A stretch of 64,000 nucleotides of DNA from Octopus vulgaris (GCA_951406725.2 OX597836.1:31930001-31994000), one strand, 5' to 3'. Counted from the first letter of the stretch, positions 1 to 13,538 are shown. Notes: a model not told the origin generated them from the letters alone. Numbers and translations: made by a program.

Positions 1-394
1 CCACACAGCAACTCACTTGTTTACAGCTATCAAACAATGTCATGATATGGAGACACTAACAAAACTGTCAACAACTAACCCAGTCACCTTCTAAAACCTC
101 ACTAGCAAGGGTATAAATTGAGTGTTGTTCCCAAACTGGGATCAAGATTGATGGTGGAAAATTATGTTGTGACACACTGACAGACTTAGGATACAGATGA
201 CAGCCATTCTATCATCTATCATGATGCTTTCTAAAAGTGAAAACTGTGGCCAAAAGACGATAAGGATCTTTTGGTTTGAGGGTTAACCTATAAAAGAACT
301 CTTGAAATGCATTAATTTCTGTGTAAATTTGCATAAATCAATTTTGACTCAAGATTATAATCTAACCACTAATTATTCTGACTTGAGCAGTTTG

Positions 395-635
<241 letters not shown>

Positions 636-828
636 TCTCATACACTCTTTCACCTTCTCTTATTCCTTTCTTTCTGTCTCTGATACCCACACACAAAGGT
701 ATACATATATGTGTGCTAAGAAGTTTATTTCTCGACCACATGGTTCTGGGTTCTTCCCACATTAAGTTGGTAAAATACCATCACTATAAGAGATATATAC
801 GTATATATGTGTATGTAAATAGACAAAC

Positions 829-880
829 ATATAGATAGATAGATCGATAGATTAGATAGATAGATTGATAGATAGATAAA

Positions 881-912
<32 letters not shown>

Positions 913-929
913 AAGACAAACAGACAGAC

Positions 930-964
<35 letters not shown>

Positions 965-974
965 TCGATTGATC

Positions 975-1042
<68 letters not shown>
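829..1042. repeat. (GATA)n/(GACA)n microsatellite
   Basis: Directly visible; complementary to the (CTAT)n tract about 240 bp upstream. Confidence 0.97.
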
Positions 1043-1043
<1 letters not shown>

Positions 1044-1556
1044 ATTGTTCCATGCAAACTTCAAGCAGCTAAGGGACTGGAATATCAACTTTGGAAAATT
1101 CTTTGTTCTTGTGATTATCTTGTATGAGCCAGCTTTAATTGTCATTTAGTTATTGTGGCGTGTCTTTGAGAGGCGAAGATAATTTTAATAAATTTAGCTA
1201 ATATGTCATGGGAATACAATTAGAATAAATAAGATGTGAATAGGCTGAAAAAGGAGATATAAGGTGGGAAGAGAAGAGCCTAGGAGTAATGCTGAAGACA
1301 AAAGAAGAAAAAAATAACGAGAGAAGTTGCTAGAAGGTGTATAATGAAATAATCATGAATTAAAAAAATTTACACTAAAGGTAGTTTTGTTAATATATAT
1401 TTTTTGGCAGCCTCTCTTTCTCTCTTGCTCTTTCTCCCTCTTGCCCTGTCTCTCACTGTCCTTGTGTGTTTGTGTGTGTCTGTGTATATACATACATACA
1501 AGCATGTATACATATATACATATATACATACATACAAGCATGCATAGATACATACA

Positions 1557-1588
<32 letters not shown>

Positions 1589-2024
1589 GTGAATTACATA
1601 CAAAGAGGGAAAATGCACAGAAATGTATGCCTGAATGTCTTCTAAACTGTCTTGCTTTGCAAAACTGTGTAACATATTTGCCCAGGTGTATGTCATACTG
1701 ATGATTTCAAATAAGAATGAAATGATGCTATACATGGGCAACTATCAATAAAAAATATCTAAGCTGTATGTAATGAATAAAAAGGAAAATATCAAAAATG
1801 AATATTCTGTACAAGTTCTCTTTGGTTTAAAACTCAAATTTCTATCCCTGCCATGGTTTAATTAACAATAATTATCTCCTTTACAATAGCTGCTGCTAGG
1901 GTACCACATGTATACGTTTTTTAGTTTTTATGTTTTGTTTGTTTCAGGCATTTGAATATGGACATGCTGGAGCAATGCCTTGGTGGGTTTAGTTGAACAA
2001 ATCAACTCAAGTGCTTGTATTAAA

Positions 2025-2245
2025 CCCTTTAGCATTTAAACCGGCCATATCCGGTCAAAAGTATTCTGCCTGTTTTATGTTCAAACTGGCCAGATCTGAC
2101 CTCTAACACCAACCCTACAATATCGTTTTAAAAATTAACAGCTACCTCATCAAAATCTCATAGCTACAAGATGATGCATGATTAGTTCAAAACAATGTGG
2201 ATGAAAAAGCATTAATTTTGGCAGAATAATGCGAACACTAAAGGG
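2025..2245. mobile_element. piggyBac-type MITE
   Basis: Termini CCCTTTAG...CTAAAGGG, TTAA on the right, TAAA on the left; same family in reverse orientation at 38271-38490. Confidence 0.75.
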
Positions 2246-2348
2246 TTAATACAGTTCTATATTTAAGAGATGAGGAATTATGTACATTATTTACAATATT
2301 TATATTATTTACATTTGATGGATATTTGTCCTCATCTTGTTTGTTGTT

Positions 2349-2391
2349 AACACGTTTCGGCTGATATACTCTCCAGCCTTCATCAGGTGTC
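2349..2391 (-). ncRNA. degenerate type I hammerhead ribozyme motif in a Penelope-like short element (about 2250-2455)
   Basis: Minus strand GACAC-CTGATGA-A-GGCTG(gagagtatat)CAGCC-GAAAC-GTGTT; stems I and II pair but the NUH triplet appears deleted. Confidence 0.6.
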
Positions 2392-3121
2392 TTGGGGAAA
2401 TTTCGAACCTGGGTTCTCATTCCTAAGGTATTTTTCGATGTTATTATTATTATTGTGTTTTTTCCTTCTTTCTTCAAATTTTCTTCGATTTCTCGCCAAG
2501 TGTTTTCCATACACCTAGGGCAGAGAAGCTCATTGCATGCATTCCCAGATTACACACGCACATTCACAGGTAAAATATGTATTTTAAAAAATTAATAAAT
2601 AAATAAATTCATGTATGTATGTATGTGTCATTATATTTATGTCTGTCCCCCTACCATAGTGTCACAACTGGTGTTGGTTTGTTTATGATCCCATAAGCAC
2701 CGAAGTCTATTTCACACAAGCTAAAACCACACAAGGTGGTGCTCCAGCATAGCCACAGTTCAATGACTAAAAAAAAAATAAAACATAAAAGAGAAAAATA
2801 ATGAAAAGTAATGTCTGAGAAAAGTACCAATAAGTCTGGACTGGCAAATAGATAATATAAAAAAGTTCCTGAAGTATAATGAGATTGTTGCCAAGAAGAT
2901 GTCCAGCATTTCAGGCAAGGCTTCTCATTAATTACAGCTTTTTTTATAGCCTTATCTTTATTCATCGTTATTGCTTTATGAAGTGGGAGACAAACTTTTT
3001 AAATTAAATCTGTGACAAGAACTTTACATCCAGAGTTTAATTACATGGCATGTGTTGCAAAATCTCTTTAAAAAAAAATTACTTTTTTCAATTTATTTCT
3101 GTCTTTCATCTTTTACTTGTT

Positions 3122-3762
3122 TCAGTGGCTGTGTGGTAAGAAGCTTGCTTCCCAGTCACAAGTTACTGGATTCAGTCCCACTGCATGGCACCTTGGGCAA
3201 ATGTCTGCTACTATAGCCTTGGTCCAACCAAAGCCTTGTGAGTGGATTTGGTGGACAGAAACTGAAAGAAACCACTGTATAAACATATATATAAAATTCG
3301 TGCACATATAGGTGCAGGCGAGGCTGTGTGGTGAGTAGCTTGGCTATGAACCACATGTTTCCGGGTTCAGTCCCACTGCGTGGACCTTGGGTAAGTGTCT
3401 TCTACTATAACCCCGGTCCAACCAAAGCCTTGTGAGTGGATTTGGTGGACAGAAAATGAAAGAAACCACTGTATAAACATATATATAAACAAATCAAAAT
3501 CGGTGACATGACCGATGACAGTGCCACCTCATTGCTACTCATGCACACACAAATACGCACACACACACACATATACAGACACACACACACATGTATATAC
3601 AACGAGTTTCTTTCAGTTTCTGTCTACCAAATCCACTTGCAAGGTCTTGGTCGGCCCTAGGCTATAGTGGAAGATACTAGCCTAAAGTACTGTGCAATGG
3701 GACTGACCCAGGAACCATGTGGATGGGAAGCGAGCTTCTTACCACACATCCACACCTGTGCC
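3122..3762. mobile_element. cluster of three partial tRNA-derived SINE family A copies (two +, one -)
   Basis: Head GTGGCTGTGTGGTAAG...GGTTCAGTCCCACTG (A/B boxes) followed by GGCACCTTGGGCAAGTGTC. Confidence 0.85.
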
Positions 3763-3881
3763 TGAACTGGACAGAAAAATTCAATGGAGCAGAAAATTTC
3801 AAAGAACATTAATTTTTTTTTTTTTAAATTCTTAAATAAGGTCTTATCTTCTCATTTCTTCTAGTAAAGTGGCCATTAAGA

Positions 3882-4044
3882 TACAAGTACATGTATTACA
3901 TGCCTGTGCTGGTTCCACATAGTTGGACTGGGGATGGTACTATATATAAAAGCATCCAGTACCTTCTGTAAAGTGGTCAGCATTAGGAAGGGCATCCGGC
4001 CGTAGAAACCATGCCAAAACTCACAGCTGGAACATGGCGCATCT
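3882..4044 (+). repeat. about 162-bp direct repeat, copy 1 (copy 2 at 4512-4673)
   Basis: Near-identical TACAAGTACATG...ATGGCGCATCT, about 3 differences. Confidence 0.95.
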
Positions 4045-4184
4045 CTCTTGTTGGCCAGCTTTCTTATTTCTATTTTGCCCACAATGGGTTAAACATAAAG
4101 GGGACAGACAAATGTATCTGTGTCAGTGCCACATATAAATCACCCATGTTGGTGCCATGAAAAAAAATCACCCATGTTAGTGTC

Positions 4185-4520
4185 AACGGGTAGTGTCAGA
4201 GCTATGCCGTTGGGAACTTCGGTTCCTGGTAGGGCCACCCAAGGTGGATTGGTCTGACACCGAGTGGTATTAGGGCCACAACCCGGCAGACGGGGCTCTG
4301 GTAAAAATCCTCGGAGTGTCTGCTTTGGCAACCGGCGGCTCCTCAGTCGTTCTGTCCCTGCGTCTGTGGACAATCTGCGGCAAACAGGATGTCTCCACAG
4401 GCAGGATTGTTGGGGACCGCTTGTGAAATCCACATATTTCCACGAAACTTCTTCCATGAGTAGATGAAGCCAACTCAACCCGCCCAGGGTGAATGTCGCC
4501 ACAAGTACAAGTACAAGTAC
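4185..4520 (+). mobile_element. short internally deleted RTE-clade non-LTR element
   Basis: GC/CpG-rich island with a structured 5' end, an ORF-end remnant (..RQDCWGPLVKSTYF..*) and an (ACAAGT)n tail. Confidence 0.55.
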
Positions 4521-4695
4521 ATGTATTACATGCCTGTGCTGGTTCCACATAGTTGGACTGGGGATGGTACTATATATAAAAGCATCCAGTACCTTCTGTA
4601 AAGTGGTCAACATTAGAAGGGCATCCGGCCGTTGAAACCATGCCAAAACTCACAGCTGGAACATGGCGCATCTTCCTTTGACATTGGAAGCCTAA

Positions 4696-4882
4696 TATTG
4701 CCCACAAAGGGCTAAACATAAAGGGGACAAACAAGGACAGACAAAGGGATTAAGTCGATTACATCGACCCCAGTGCACAAATGGTACTTAATTTATCGAC
4801 CGCAAAAGGATGAAAGGCAAAGTCAACCTCAGCGGAATTTGAACTCAGAATGTAGCGGCAGACGAAATGCTACTAAACATTT
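4696..4882 (-). mobile_element. SINE family B (MetaSINE-like), partial
   Basis: Reverse of the GCCTTTCATCCTTT...GATAAATTAAGTACC core and B-box GAGTTCAAATTCC. Confidence 0.85.
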
Positions 4883-5698
4883 CTGAAAACAGCCTACTGT
4901 TTGACAACCAGTGTTGGTTTGTTTACATCCTTGTAACTTAGTGGCTTGGCAAAAGAGAACGATTGAAGAAACACCAGGTTTAAAAATTAAGAACAAGGAT
5001 CAATTAGTTCAACTGATCCCTTTGAGGGGGTTCAATTACTGAAACAAGTAGTTTGATAAAAAGATAAAAGAAATGAAAGACATACACATACATGCATATT
5101 CTTTTATTCTTTTATTTGTTTCACTCATTTGACTGTGGCCATGCTGGAGCATCGCCTTTGGTCAAGCAAATGGACCCCAGGACTTATTCTTTGTAAGCCT
5201 AGTACTTATTATATTGATTTCTTTTGCTGGACTGCTAAGTTATAGGGACGTAAACACACCAGCATCGGTTGTCAGGCAATGGTGGGGGGTACAAACACAG
5301 AAACACACACATGCATGCACATGCACACATACACACACACACACACACATTACACATGACAGACTTATTTCAGTTTCACCAAGGGACCGCTATTGACCAG
5401 CATTGTTTACCGCCAAGTTAAGAAGAAGAATGACTTAAGAGTTTCATAATCTTCCTTTGACATTGGAAGCCTAATATTGAAAAGAGTTACCACAGTTGGA
5501 GAATATATAAACGAATTTTATTTACTTACTTATTTATTCATATTTAAATGGGTGTGTGATAAGAAGGTTGCTTCACAGCCACATAGTGCTGGGTTCAGTC
5601 CCACTGCATGGCACTTTGGGTAAATGTCTTCTACTATAGTCTCAGGCCAACCAAAGCTTTGTGAGTGGAATTGACGGATAGAAACTGAAAGGAGCCTG

Positions 5699-5778
<80 letters not shown>

Positions 5779-5779
5779 G

Positions 5780-5824
<45 letters not shown>

Positions 5825-5989
5825 GGGGAGAGGTCTTTTTGTGTCTGTGTTTATTCCAAAAGAGGCCAACAGAAAAATACCAGTTTTATAAAAAGATAAA
5901 AGAAATGAAAGACTGTTGAGCTGAGTGAAATGGATCTAATCTCGGGTGATACTCTGAGCTTATGAAAATCTGTTGAGCTGAGTGAAATC

Positions 5990-6343
5990 ATAGTTATGGC
6001 CAATGCCAGTACTATCTGACTGGCATTGTTTAAGCATTGGGCCTCTTGGAGGCTGTGACAGGTGACCGAGGCCTTTGCCAATATACTATGTTTGCGTAGA
6101 CCTGTTATACCAAGTGAGACTGATGTTGGTGTCAGGTCGATGGCACCTGTGCCGGTGGCATGTAAAAGAACATGCACTACACTCTTGGAGTGGTTGGTGT
6201 TAAGCAGAATCCCCAACTGTAGAAACCTTGCCAAATCAGATTGGAACCTGAATCAGCTTCACAGTTTACTAGTTTTCAATCAAACCATCCAACCCATGCC
6301 AGCATGGTAAATGGATGTTAAATGATGATGATGATGATGATGA
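5990..6343 (+). mobile_element. repeat family C (RTE-3'UTR-related, (TGA)n tail)
   Basis: GTGCCGGTGGCATGTAAAA...CCAACCCATGCCAGCATGG...GTTAAATGATGATG. Confidence 0.8.
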
Positions 6344-6349
6344 TGTGTA

Positions 6350-6922
6350 TGCTGCAATGCCTTGATATATGAGTTAATTTGTTCCCGGAGACTGCTTGTA
6401 AAGTGAAAACTCATAAAGCAGAGCAATGATTTCCCATAGTAGCAATGTTATAAATTGTAATTCATTCTCAGAAAAATATTTTACCTATAAAACTTATAAT
6501 ACTCTGTAAATAAATGGCAATAAAACAACAGTAGAATGTAAAGAATATTCTATGTGAAATAAAAAGAATGTCAAGATTATTTATAATAAAAAATATTATT
6601 ATTATTATTATTATAATCGTTTACTGAATCACTTTCCCTCACACTAGACTCGCACACATCATCACTTGTAGACACAATCGCCAATTCACAAGCACTTGCA
6701 GACAGACTTGTAGATTTCTTTTTAAAAAACAAGTTTAGAGTTATTTGCTTAGAAGTGTTTTTTTGCTCTATATAAATTTCTTGGTAATATGCAGAAGCAT
6801 TTGTTATTGTAGCAGAAAATTTTGCATTTCATTCAAAATTTGGATCTTGTGCTTGAAAAATAAAACTCATAATCCCCAAAGTCTCATAAAGCGGATTCTT
6901 ATAAAGTGAGGTATTATTGTAT
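6350..6922. mobile_element. old pogo/Tigger-like MITE
   Basis: Degenerate inverted ends (CTGCAATGCCTTGATAT / AAAGTGAGGTATTATTG-TA) and Tigger-like subterminal repeats. Confidence 0.4.
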
Positions 6923-7263
6923 ATTCTCCTGACAAGCTTCACTACAGAGCTTTTATAATCAATTATTGGTGAATACAGCAGAATTATTCTTTTAATTTAT
7001 TTTGAGATGTGGAAATTTTCTAATTAATGATTTGTGGAAATTTTCTAATTAATTTCAAATTAATACAAAATTTCCTGAATATTTCTTGTGTGGTGAAATA
7101 AAAGTTCTTATTAAATGTTTTTAAGGTGTTGTTATATCATTTGCACACAGCCTCACATGTGTGCTATCAAGACAACAGATGTCTTCCTTCAGAACAAGAA
7201 ATATATAACAACCCTGTCTATTATAGGACACAGGACCTGAAATTTGTGGGGAAAGGGACTGGT

Positions 7264-7453
7264 ACAATGGTATATGGTGGTTGTTGTGTTGAGTGTCTTG
7301 CCACACCCAATGCCACCAAATTCCAAGCAGGTATACAACAAAAGTTTTCCATAAAGATTTGTGACTAAATTAATGAGCAAGGTTAATATAATGAATTGAC
7401 CATTTTGATGGGTGTGCAGTGCACACCTAGCACACCCGGAATATATGCCCCTG
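7264..7453. mobile_element. degenerate CAG(G/T)GG-terminal (hAT-like) MITE nested in a family B SINE
   Basis: Ends CAATGGTATAT / ATATATGCCCCTG; the SINE breaks at about 7263 and resumes at about 7456. Confidence 0.5.
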
Positions 7454-7803
7454 GACAGGTACCTATTTTATTAACCCTGAAAGGATGGAAGGCACAGTCA
7501 GTCTTGGTTGAATTTGAACTCAGAATGTAAAGGTGGCAAAAATACCACTATGTGATTTTTCTGGCATCTTAACGATTCTGCCAGCTCACTGCTGCAGAAA
7601 TATAGTAAAATAAAAAGAACTCTGTATAGTGGTTGATCTGCTCTAAATATCAACCTAATCTTTTTCTCCATTTTTTTTTTTTGTCTAAAAAGTCTTTAAA
7701 AAGAGACAAATGCATTGGAAAATATTGTCATAGAAACGTGGCAAACAAAAGATTGGTTGATTACGACTATGATGTCTTCTGATCGTGACTGACCTGGGGC
7801 TAG

Positions 7804-7835
7804 ACAACAACAGCATCGATGATAACAACAACAAT

Positions 7836-7899
<64 letters not shown>

Positions 7900-8133
7900 G
7901 CATCAATGAGAACAACAGTAGCAGCAGCAGCAAGAACAACAGCAACAACAACACCACCAACAACAACAACACCATCAATGATAACAACAACAACAACAAC
8001 AGCATCAATGATAACAACAATAACAACAACAACAACAACAACAACAGCATCAATGAGAACAACAACAACAACAACAGCATCAATGAGAACAACAGTAGCA
8101 GCAGCAGCAACAACAACAAACAACAACAACAGC

Positions 8134-8179
<46 letters not shown>

Positions 8180-8253
8180 ATAACAACAACAACAACAGCA
8201 GCAGCATCAATGATAACAACAGCAGCAACAACAACAACAAACAACAACAACAG

Positions 8254-8287
<34 letters not shown>

Positions 8288-8529
8288 AACAACAACAACA
8301 ACAGCAACAACAACAGCAACATCAACAACAACAACAACAACAACAACAACAGCAACAACAGCAACAACAACAGCAACAGCAACAACAGCAGCAGCAGCAA
8401 CAACAACAACAACAGCAACAACAACAATAACAGCAGCATCAATGATAACAGCAACAACAATAACAACAGCAGCAACAACAACAACAACAGCATCAATGAT
8501 AACAACAACAGCAGCAGCAACAACAACAA
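7804..8529. repeat. compound (AAC/AGC)n array punctuated by AGCATCAATGA(T/G)
   Basis: Directly visible; single-base slips break all reading frames. Confidence 0.97.
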
Positions 8530-8956
8530 ATCACACTTGAAGGTTGATTATGATAATGGAGTTTCCGGAATATTTCTCTGTTCTTCACAGAACTGCAAAT
8601 CAAAGTGAAACGAGAAAGGGAGAAATAAAACAGGACAAATTATAATTAAATAACAATAACAATTAGTGCGAAAATTAAGTAAGTTATGGAAGCATCAGAA
8701 AGCATAAACATTAATCAAATAAGAAAACAGCTTTATTGCCAATGTATAATGATATAAATCAATTAATATTTTTATAAATTCTATCGTTTATGGTATCGTG
8801 AATGAAAAAAAATAGGATATAAAGTGAAAAATAATGATATTCTCTTTAAAACTTAATGTTCTTCTTTGTGTTCTAGAAAAAATCTCTCAATTAAGGTGAA
8901 ACCAGATGGATCGGGGGAATAAGGGAAATGTTTACGTGGAGTCAAAAGTTGGTCAG

Positions 8957-9390
8957 CCTCCTCCTCCTCCTCCTCTTCCCGCTCCTCATCGTTGTCGTCA
9001 TTGTTATCGTCATCGTCGTTGTCGGTGGCGGCGGCATTATCATTACTGTTGTCATCAGTACCGCCTTCCTCCTCCTTCTCCTCCTATTCCTCATCATCAT
9101 CCTCATCATCATCATTAACGCCATCATCATCACTATCACTATCATCCTCATCCTAACCACCACCTCCACCATCACCACCACCATCAACATCCCCCTCTTC
9201 TTCCCCTCCCTCTCATCATCATCATCATTATCGTTGTCATCATCATCATCACCATCACTATCACTATCATCCTCATCATAACCACCATCACCACCATCAC
9301 CACCACCACCTCCACCACCACTTCCACCACCACCACCACTACCACATCCTCCTCACAAATGCTCATCATCACCATCATCATCACCATCAC
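8957..9390. repeat. low-complexity (CAT/CAC/CCT)n tract
   Basis: Directly visible. Confidence 0.95.
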
Positions 9391-9499
9391 ATACACTGCT
9401 GTCAACCAAGATAGTGATAAAGCTGCTATATGTAGTCACTGGGCTTACTAGAATTAGCAGTCAAAGAGAAAGAAAGGTCCCATTGAATTATGTATCTAC

Positions 9500-9706
9500 C
9501 TTACATTGTCTAAATCCATTCACCAACGCTTTACTGATGGTACTGAATGCCTTTTACAGAGGCACCAGCACTTGAAGGGTTGCCATGTCCTTGGCATGGC
9601 TAAAGAAACCTCTCTACACTATATTGTTCTTATTCATTCATTCCTCAGCACCAGAGCATTCAGTACAATCAGTAAAGCGTTGGTGAATGGATTTAGGCAA
9701 TGTAAG
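9500..9706. mobile_element. MITE-like element with 51-bp inverted repeats
   Basis: 9500-9550 is the reverse complement of 9656-9706 with 2 mismatches. Confidence 0.7.
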
Positions 9707-9989
9707 CTCGATAGAGCTCTTTAGTCTTGTCACAGAACAGTCTACTACCTTCTACTCTTCCTTCCATTACAATACTTTCCAGACCTCTGTTCTTTAAATC
9801 TGGCCATATTGTATATATGCATCTTTAAAAAATATCAGACATGGGAACATTTGAACAAGATTGTTGTTATTCATTCGTTCCTCAGCACCAGAAGGTTGTT
9901 TCATCCCTAAGATTAAACAAAGTTCCTTTCGCCTTGCACTGTTTCCATCCTTGTCGTCATGTACCATACACCTGTAACATGTTGGTGAC

Positions 9990-10510
9990 ACTGATGATAA
10001 TGATGATGATGATGATGATGATAAACGTTAGTGGTGGTGTGTGGTGGTGTGCGGTGGTGGTGGTGATGGTGGTGATGGTGGTTATGGTGATGCTGGTGGT
10101 GTTGGTGGTGGATAATACTTTACAGAATTGTCTTGAGGTTGCCAGCATGAAGTCTAACAACCACAAGACAAGATAACGGTAGTGGTGGTGTGTGGTGGTG
10201 GTTATTGTGGTGCTGGTGGTGTTGATGGTGTTGGTGGTGGTGGTAATGATGATGATGATAGTGGTGGAGGTGGAGGAGGTGGTTGTAATTGTGGAGGTGG
10301 AGGTGGTTGTGGTGGTGCATGTGGTTGTGATGGTGATTGTAGTGGTGGTGTTGTTGGTGGTGGTGCTGGTGATTGGTGTGGTGGTGCTGGTGGTCATGGT
10401 GGTGAAGCTGGTGGTCATGGTGGTAGTGCTGATGGTTGTGGTGGTGAATGCAGTGGTGGTTGTGGTGGTAGCGGTAGCAGTGGTGGTGATCATGATGATA
10501 ACAATGATTA
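9990..10510. repeat. low-complexity (GGT/GAT)n tract
   Basis: Directly visible. Confidence 0.95.
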
Positions 10511-11091
10511 CGATTAGAGATATCCTTCTGCACAAAATAACTCAAGATAATCATTTTGATATCTTTCTGCACAAATAACCCTCACACGTCATCAAGATAT
10601 CTTTCTGTAGAAATAATTCAGATATCATTTTAGATTACGTTTCACGATATCTTCCAGTGTAAATAATTTAGAATTTAGATATCACTCAGATATCTTTTAC
10701 AAACATAATTTTCAACAACACTGATCAATGGAATAGAATAGAAAGTTCAAGAGGAACAGAAATGAATAAAATAGTCAGAGACAACATTACATTTGCACAG
10801 TAAATAAAATAATAAAGATAATTATATTTCACAAAATTATACAATGTGACAACAGTATATAAGAGTTTTGCAGTTCTATTTGAAGAGCATACATCAAACA
10901 ATGTCCGCCATATTTCCATCATAGGAAATTCACTAAATTCTCTTTGATTATCTGCTGGTAGCATAAATACCTAGCCTTGCTCGAATTTATTAATACCTAA
11001 TTTAAATATAATCATGTTAAATTCATTATATTTTGGTTAAATTGCTTTGAAAATGCAGATGGTCTTCATTTCATTCGTGAATGTTGATTTC

Positions 11092-11493
11092 TTTTACTCT
11101 TTTATTCTTTTACTTGTTTCAGTCATTTGACTGCGACCATGCTGGAGCACTGCCTTTTAGTCGAGCAAATCAACCCCAGGACTTATTCTTTGTAAGCCTA
11201 GTACTTATTCTATTGGTCTCTTTTGCCAAACTGCTAAATTACAGGGATGTAAACACACCAGCATCAGTTGTCAAGTGATGCTGGGGGGGACAAACACAAA
11301 CACATAAACACGCACATACACATACATATATACATATATGCAACGGGCTTCTTTCAGTTTCCATCTTCCAAATCCACTCACAAGGCTTTGGTCATCCTGA
11401 GGCTATAGTAGAAGACACTTGCCCAAGTTGCAACACAGTAGGAATGAACCCGGAACCATGTGGTTGGCAAGCAAACTACTTACACACAGCCAC
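11092..11493 (-). mobile_element. near full-length SINE family A
   Basis: Reverse complement of the copy at 45713-46136. Confidence 0.92.
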
Positions 11494-11789
11494 TCTATCT
11501 AGATCTATCTAGAATTGTTGTGTCCAAGCCACATAAGATTGTTTATGTTGAGAATTTATAAAAATAGGCAAAAGAAAAAAAAAAGCACTGAAAAGGTGTA
11601 GGTATGGGGTAGGTGGTTAAGAAACTTGCTTTCCAATCATGTGATCCTGAGTTCAGTCCCACTGTGTGGCACCTTGGGCAAGTTTCTCCTATTATAACCT
11701 TGGGCTGACCAACATTTTGTAAGTGGACAAAAACTGAAAGAAACTTGTTGCATGGGTGTGTGTGTGTGTGCATAAATATATATAAATAT

Positions 11790-12191
11790 ATATCAATGGA
11801 AATTGTAGCTGTGATACCAGTGCCAATGGCACATAAGAGAACCATCCGAACGTGGCCGTTGCCAGTGCTGCCCCAACTGGCCTCTGTGCCGGTGGCACGT
11901 AAAATGCACCATCCGATTGTGGCCGTTGCCAGCCTCGTCTGGCACATAAAAAGCACCATCCGATCGTGGCCGTTTGCCAGCCTCGTCTGGTACCTGTGCA
12001 GGTGGCACGTAAAAAGCACCCACTACACTCATGGAGTGGTTGGTGTTAGGAAGAGCATCCAGCCGTAGAAACACTGCCAGATCAGACTGGGCCTGGCGCA
12101 GCCTTCTGGCCTCCCAGACCCCAGTTGAACCGTCAAACCCATGCTAGCATGGAAAACGGATGTTAAACAATGATGATGATGATGATGATGA
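11790..12191 (+). mobile_element. repeat family C with internal about 45-55 bp tandem units
   Basis: Repeated TGGCACGTAAAA(A)GCACCATCCGATCGTGGCCGTT; (TGA)n tail. Confidence 0.85.
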
Positions 12192-12421
12192 TTTCTTTAT
12201 TGCCCACAGGGGGCTAAACATAGAGGGGACAAACAAGGACAGACAAATGAGTTAAGTCGATTACTCTGACCCCAGTGCATAACTGGTACTTATTTTATCA
12301 ACCCCGAAAGGATGAAAGGTAAAGTTGACCTTGATGGAATTTGAACTCAGAGTGTAACAGCAGACGAAATACCACTAGGTGCTTTGCCTGACATGCTAAC
12401 AATTCTGCCAGCCTACCGCCC
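12192..12421 (-). mobile_element. SINE family B, full-length
   Basis: Reverse complement of 58812-59045. Confidence 0.9.
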
Positions 12422-12688
12422 TTGTATAAATATATATAAATTTAAGTGTATATAAATATATATCCTCATCATCATCATTTAACGTCCACTCTCCTTGCTA
12501 GCATGGGTTTGACTGGAGCTGATAAGCTGGAGAGCTGCTTTCAGATGAGGTTCCAGTCTGATTTGGAATGGTTTCTACTGTTGGATGCTCTTCCTAACAG
12601 CAGCCACTCTAGGGGTGTAATGGGTGCTTTTATGTGCCACCAGCATGGGTGCCATTTACATGGTACTGGCAATGAGCACAACTACATG

Positions 12689-12744
<56 letters not shown>

Positions 12745-13382
12745 GGCGTGTGTGTGTGTGTTTATAAGTATACACATACACACACACGCAATCACATTCA
12801 CAATTGCACACATATATGTAAGCATGTATGTATGTGTGTGCATGTATGTGTCCTTGTGTTTGTGGTTGTCTCACCTTACCACTTGACAACCAGTGCTGGT
12901 TTGTTTACATCCCTGTAACTTAATAGTTCAGTAAAGCGGCTGATAGAATAAGTACCTGACTTAAAAATAAAGACTGGGGGTCAACATGTTTGACAAAACC
13001 CTTCAAGGCAGTACCCACCACCATTAAGGCTGCAATCCAATGACTGAGACATGTAAAAAAAAATTGTAACTAAAATGAGGTGCAGCCTTTCTTGGAATGG
13101 TGATTCTTTTCTACTTTAGGCGCAAGGTCCGAAATTTTGGGGGAGGCAACTGGTACTTAATTTATCGAGCCTGAAAGTATGAAAGGCAAAGTTGACCTCG
13201 GCAGAATAGAAACATGTGTTGGGAAGAGATTTGAAGTGAATATATTGTATACAATACTATAATAAACAAGTTTTTGAAGACGTATTATTCTCCATTGTTA
13301 AATTCTTGTTTTAAAGTAATATATGTATATGTGTGTGAGTATGTGTGTATGTCTATCTCACTCTTTCTCTCTCTCCCTCCCC

Positions 13383-13538
<156 letters not shown>

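Noticed and set aside
7126-7330. Apparent AG/GT-bounded open exon (VLLYHLHTASH...GGCCVECL)
   Set aside because: 7222-7263 is a family B SINE end and 7264 onward is a nested MITE; the open frame is fortuitous
7685-8608. Poly-Q/N/T/L ORFs
   Set aside because: Translations of the AAC microsatellite with frame slips and no flanking coding signal
10182-10517. Gly/Cys-rich ORF resembling a structural protein
   Set aside because: One frame of a (GGT)n tract; no signal peptide, and other frames are equally open
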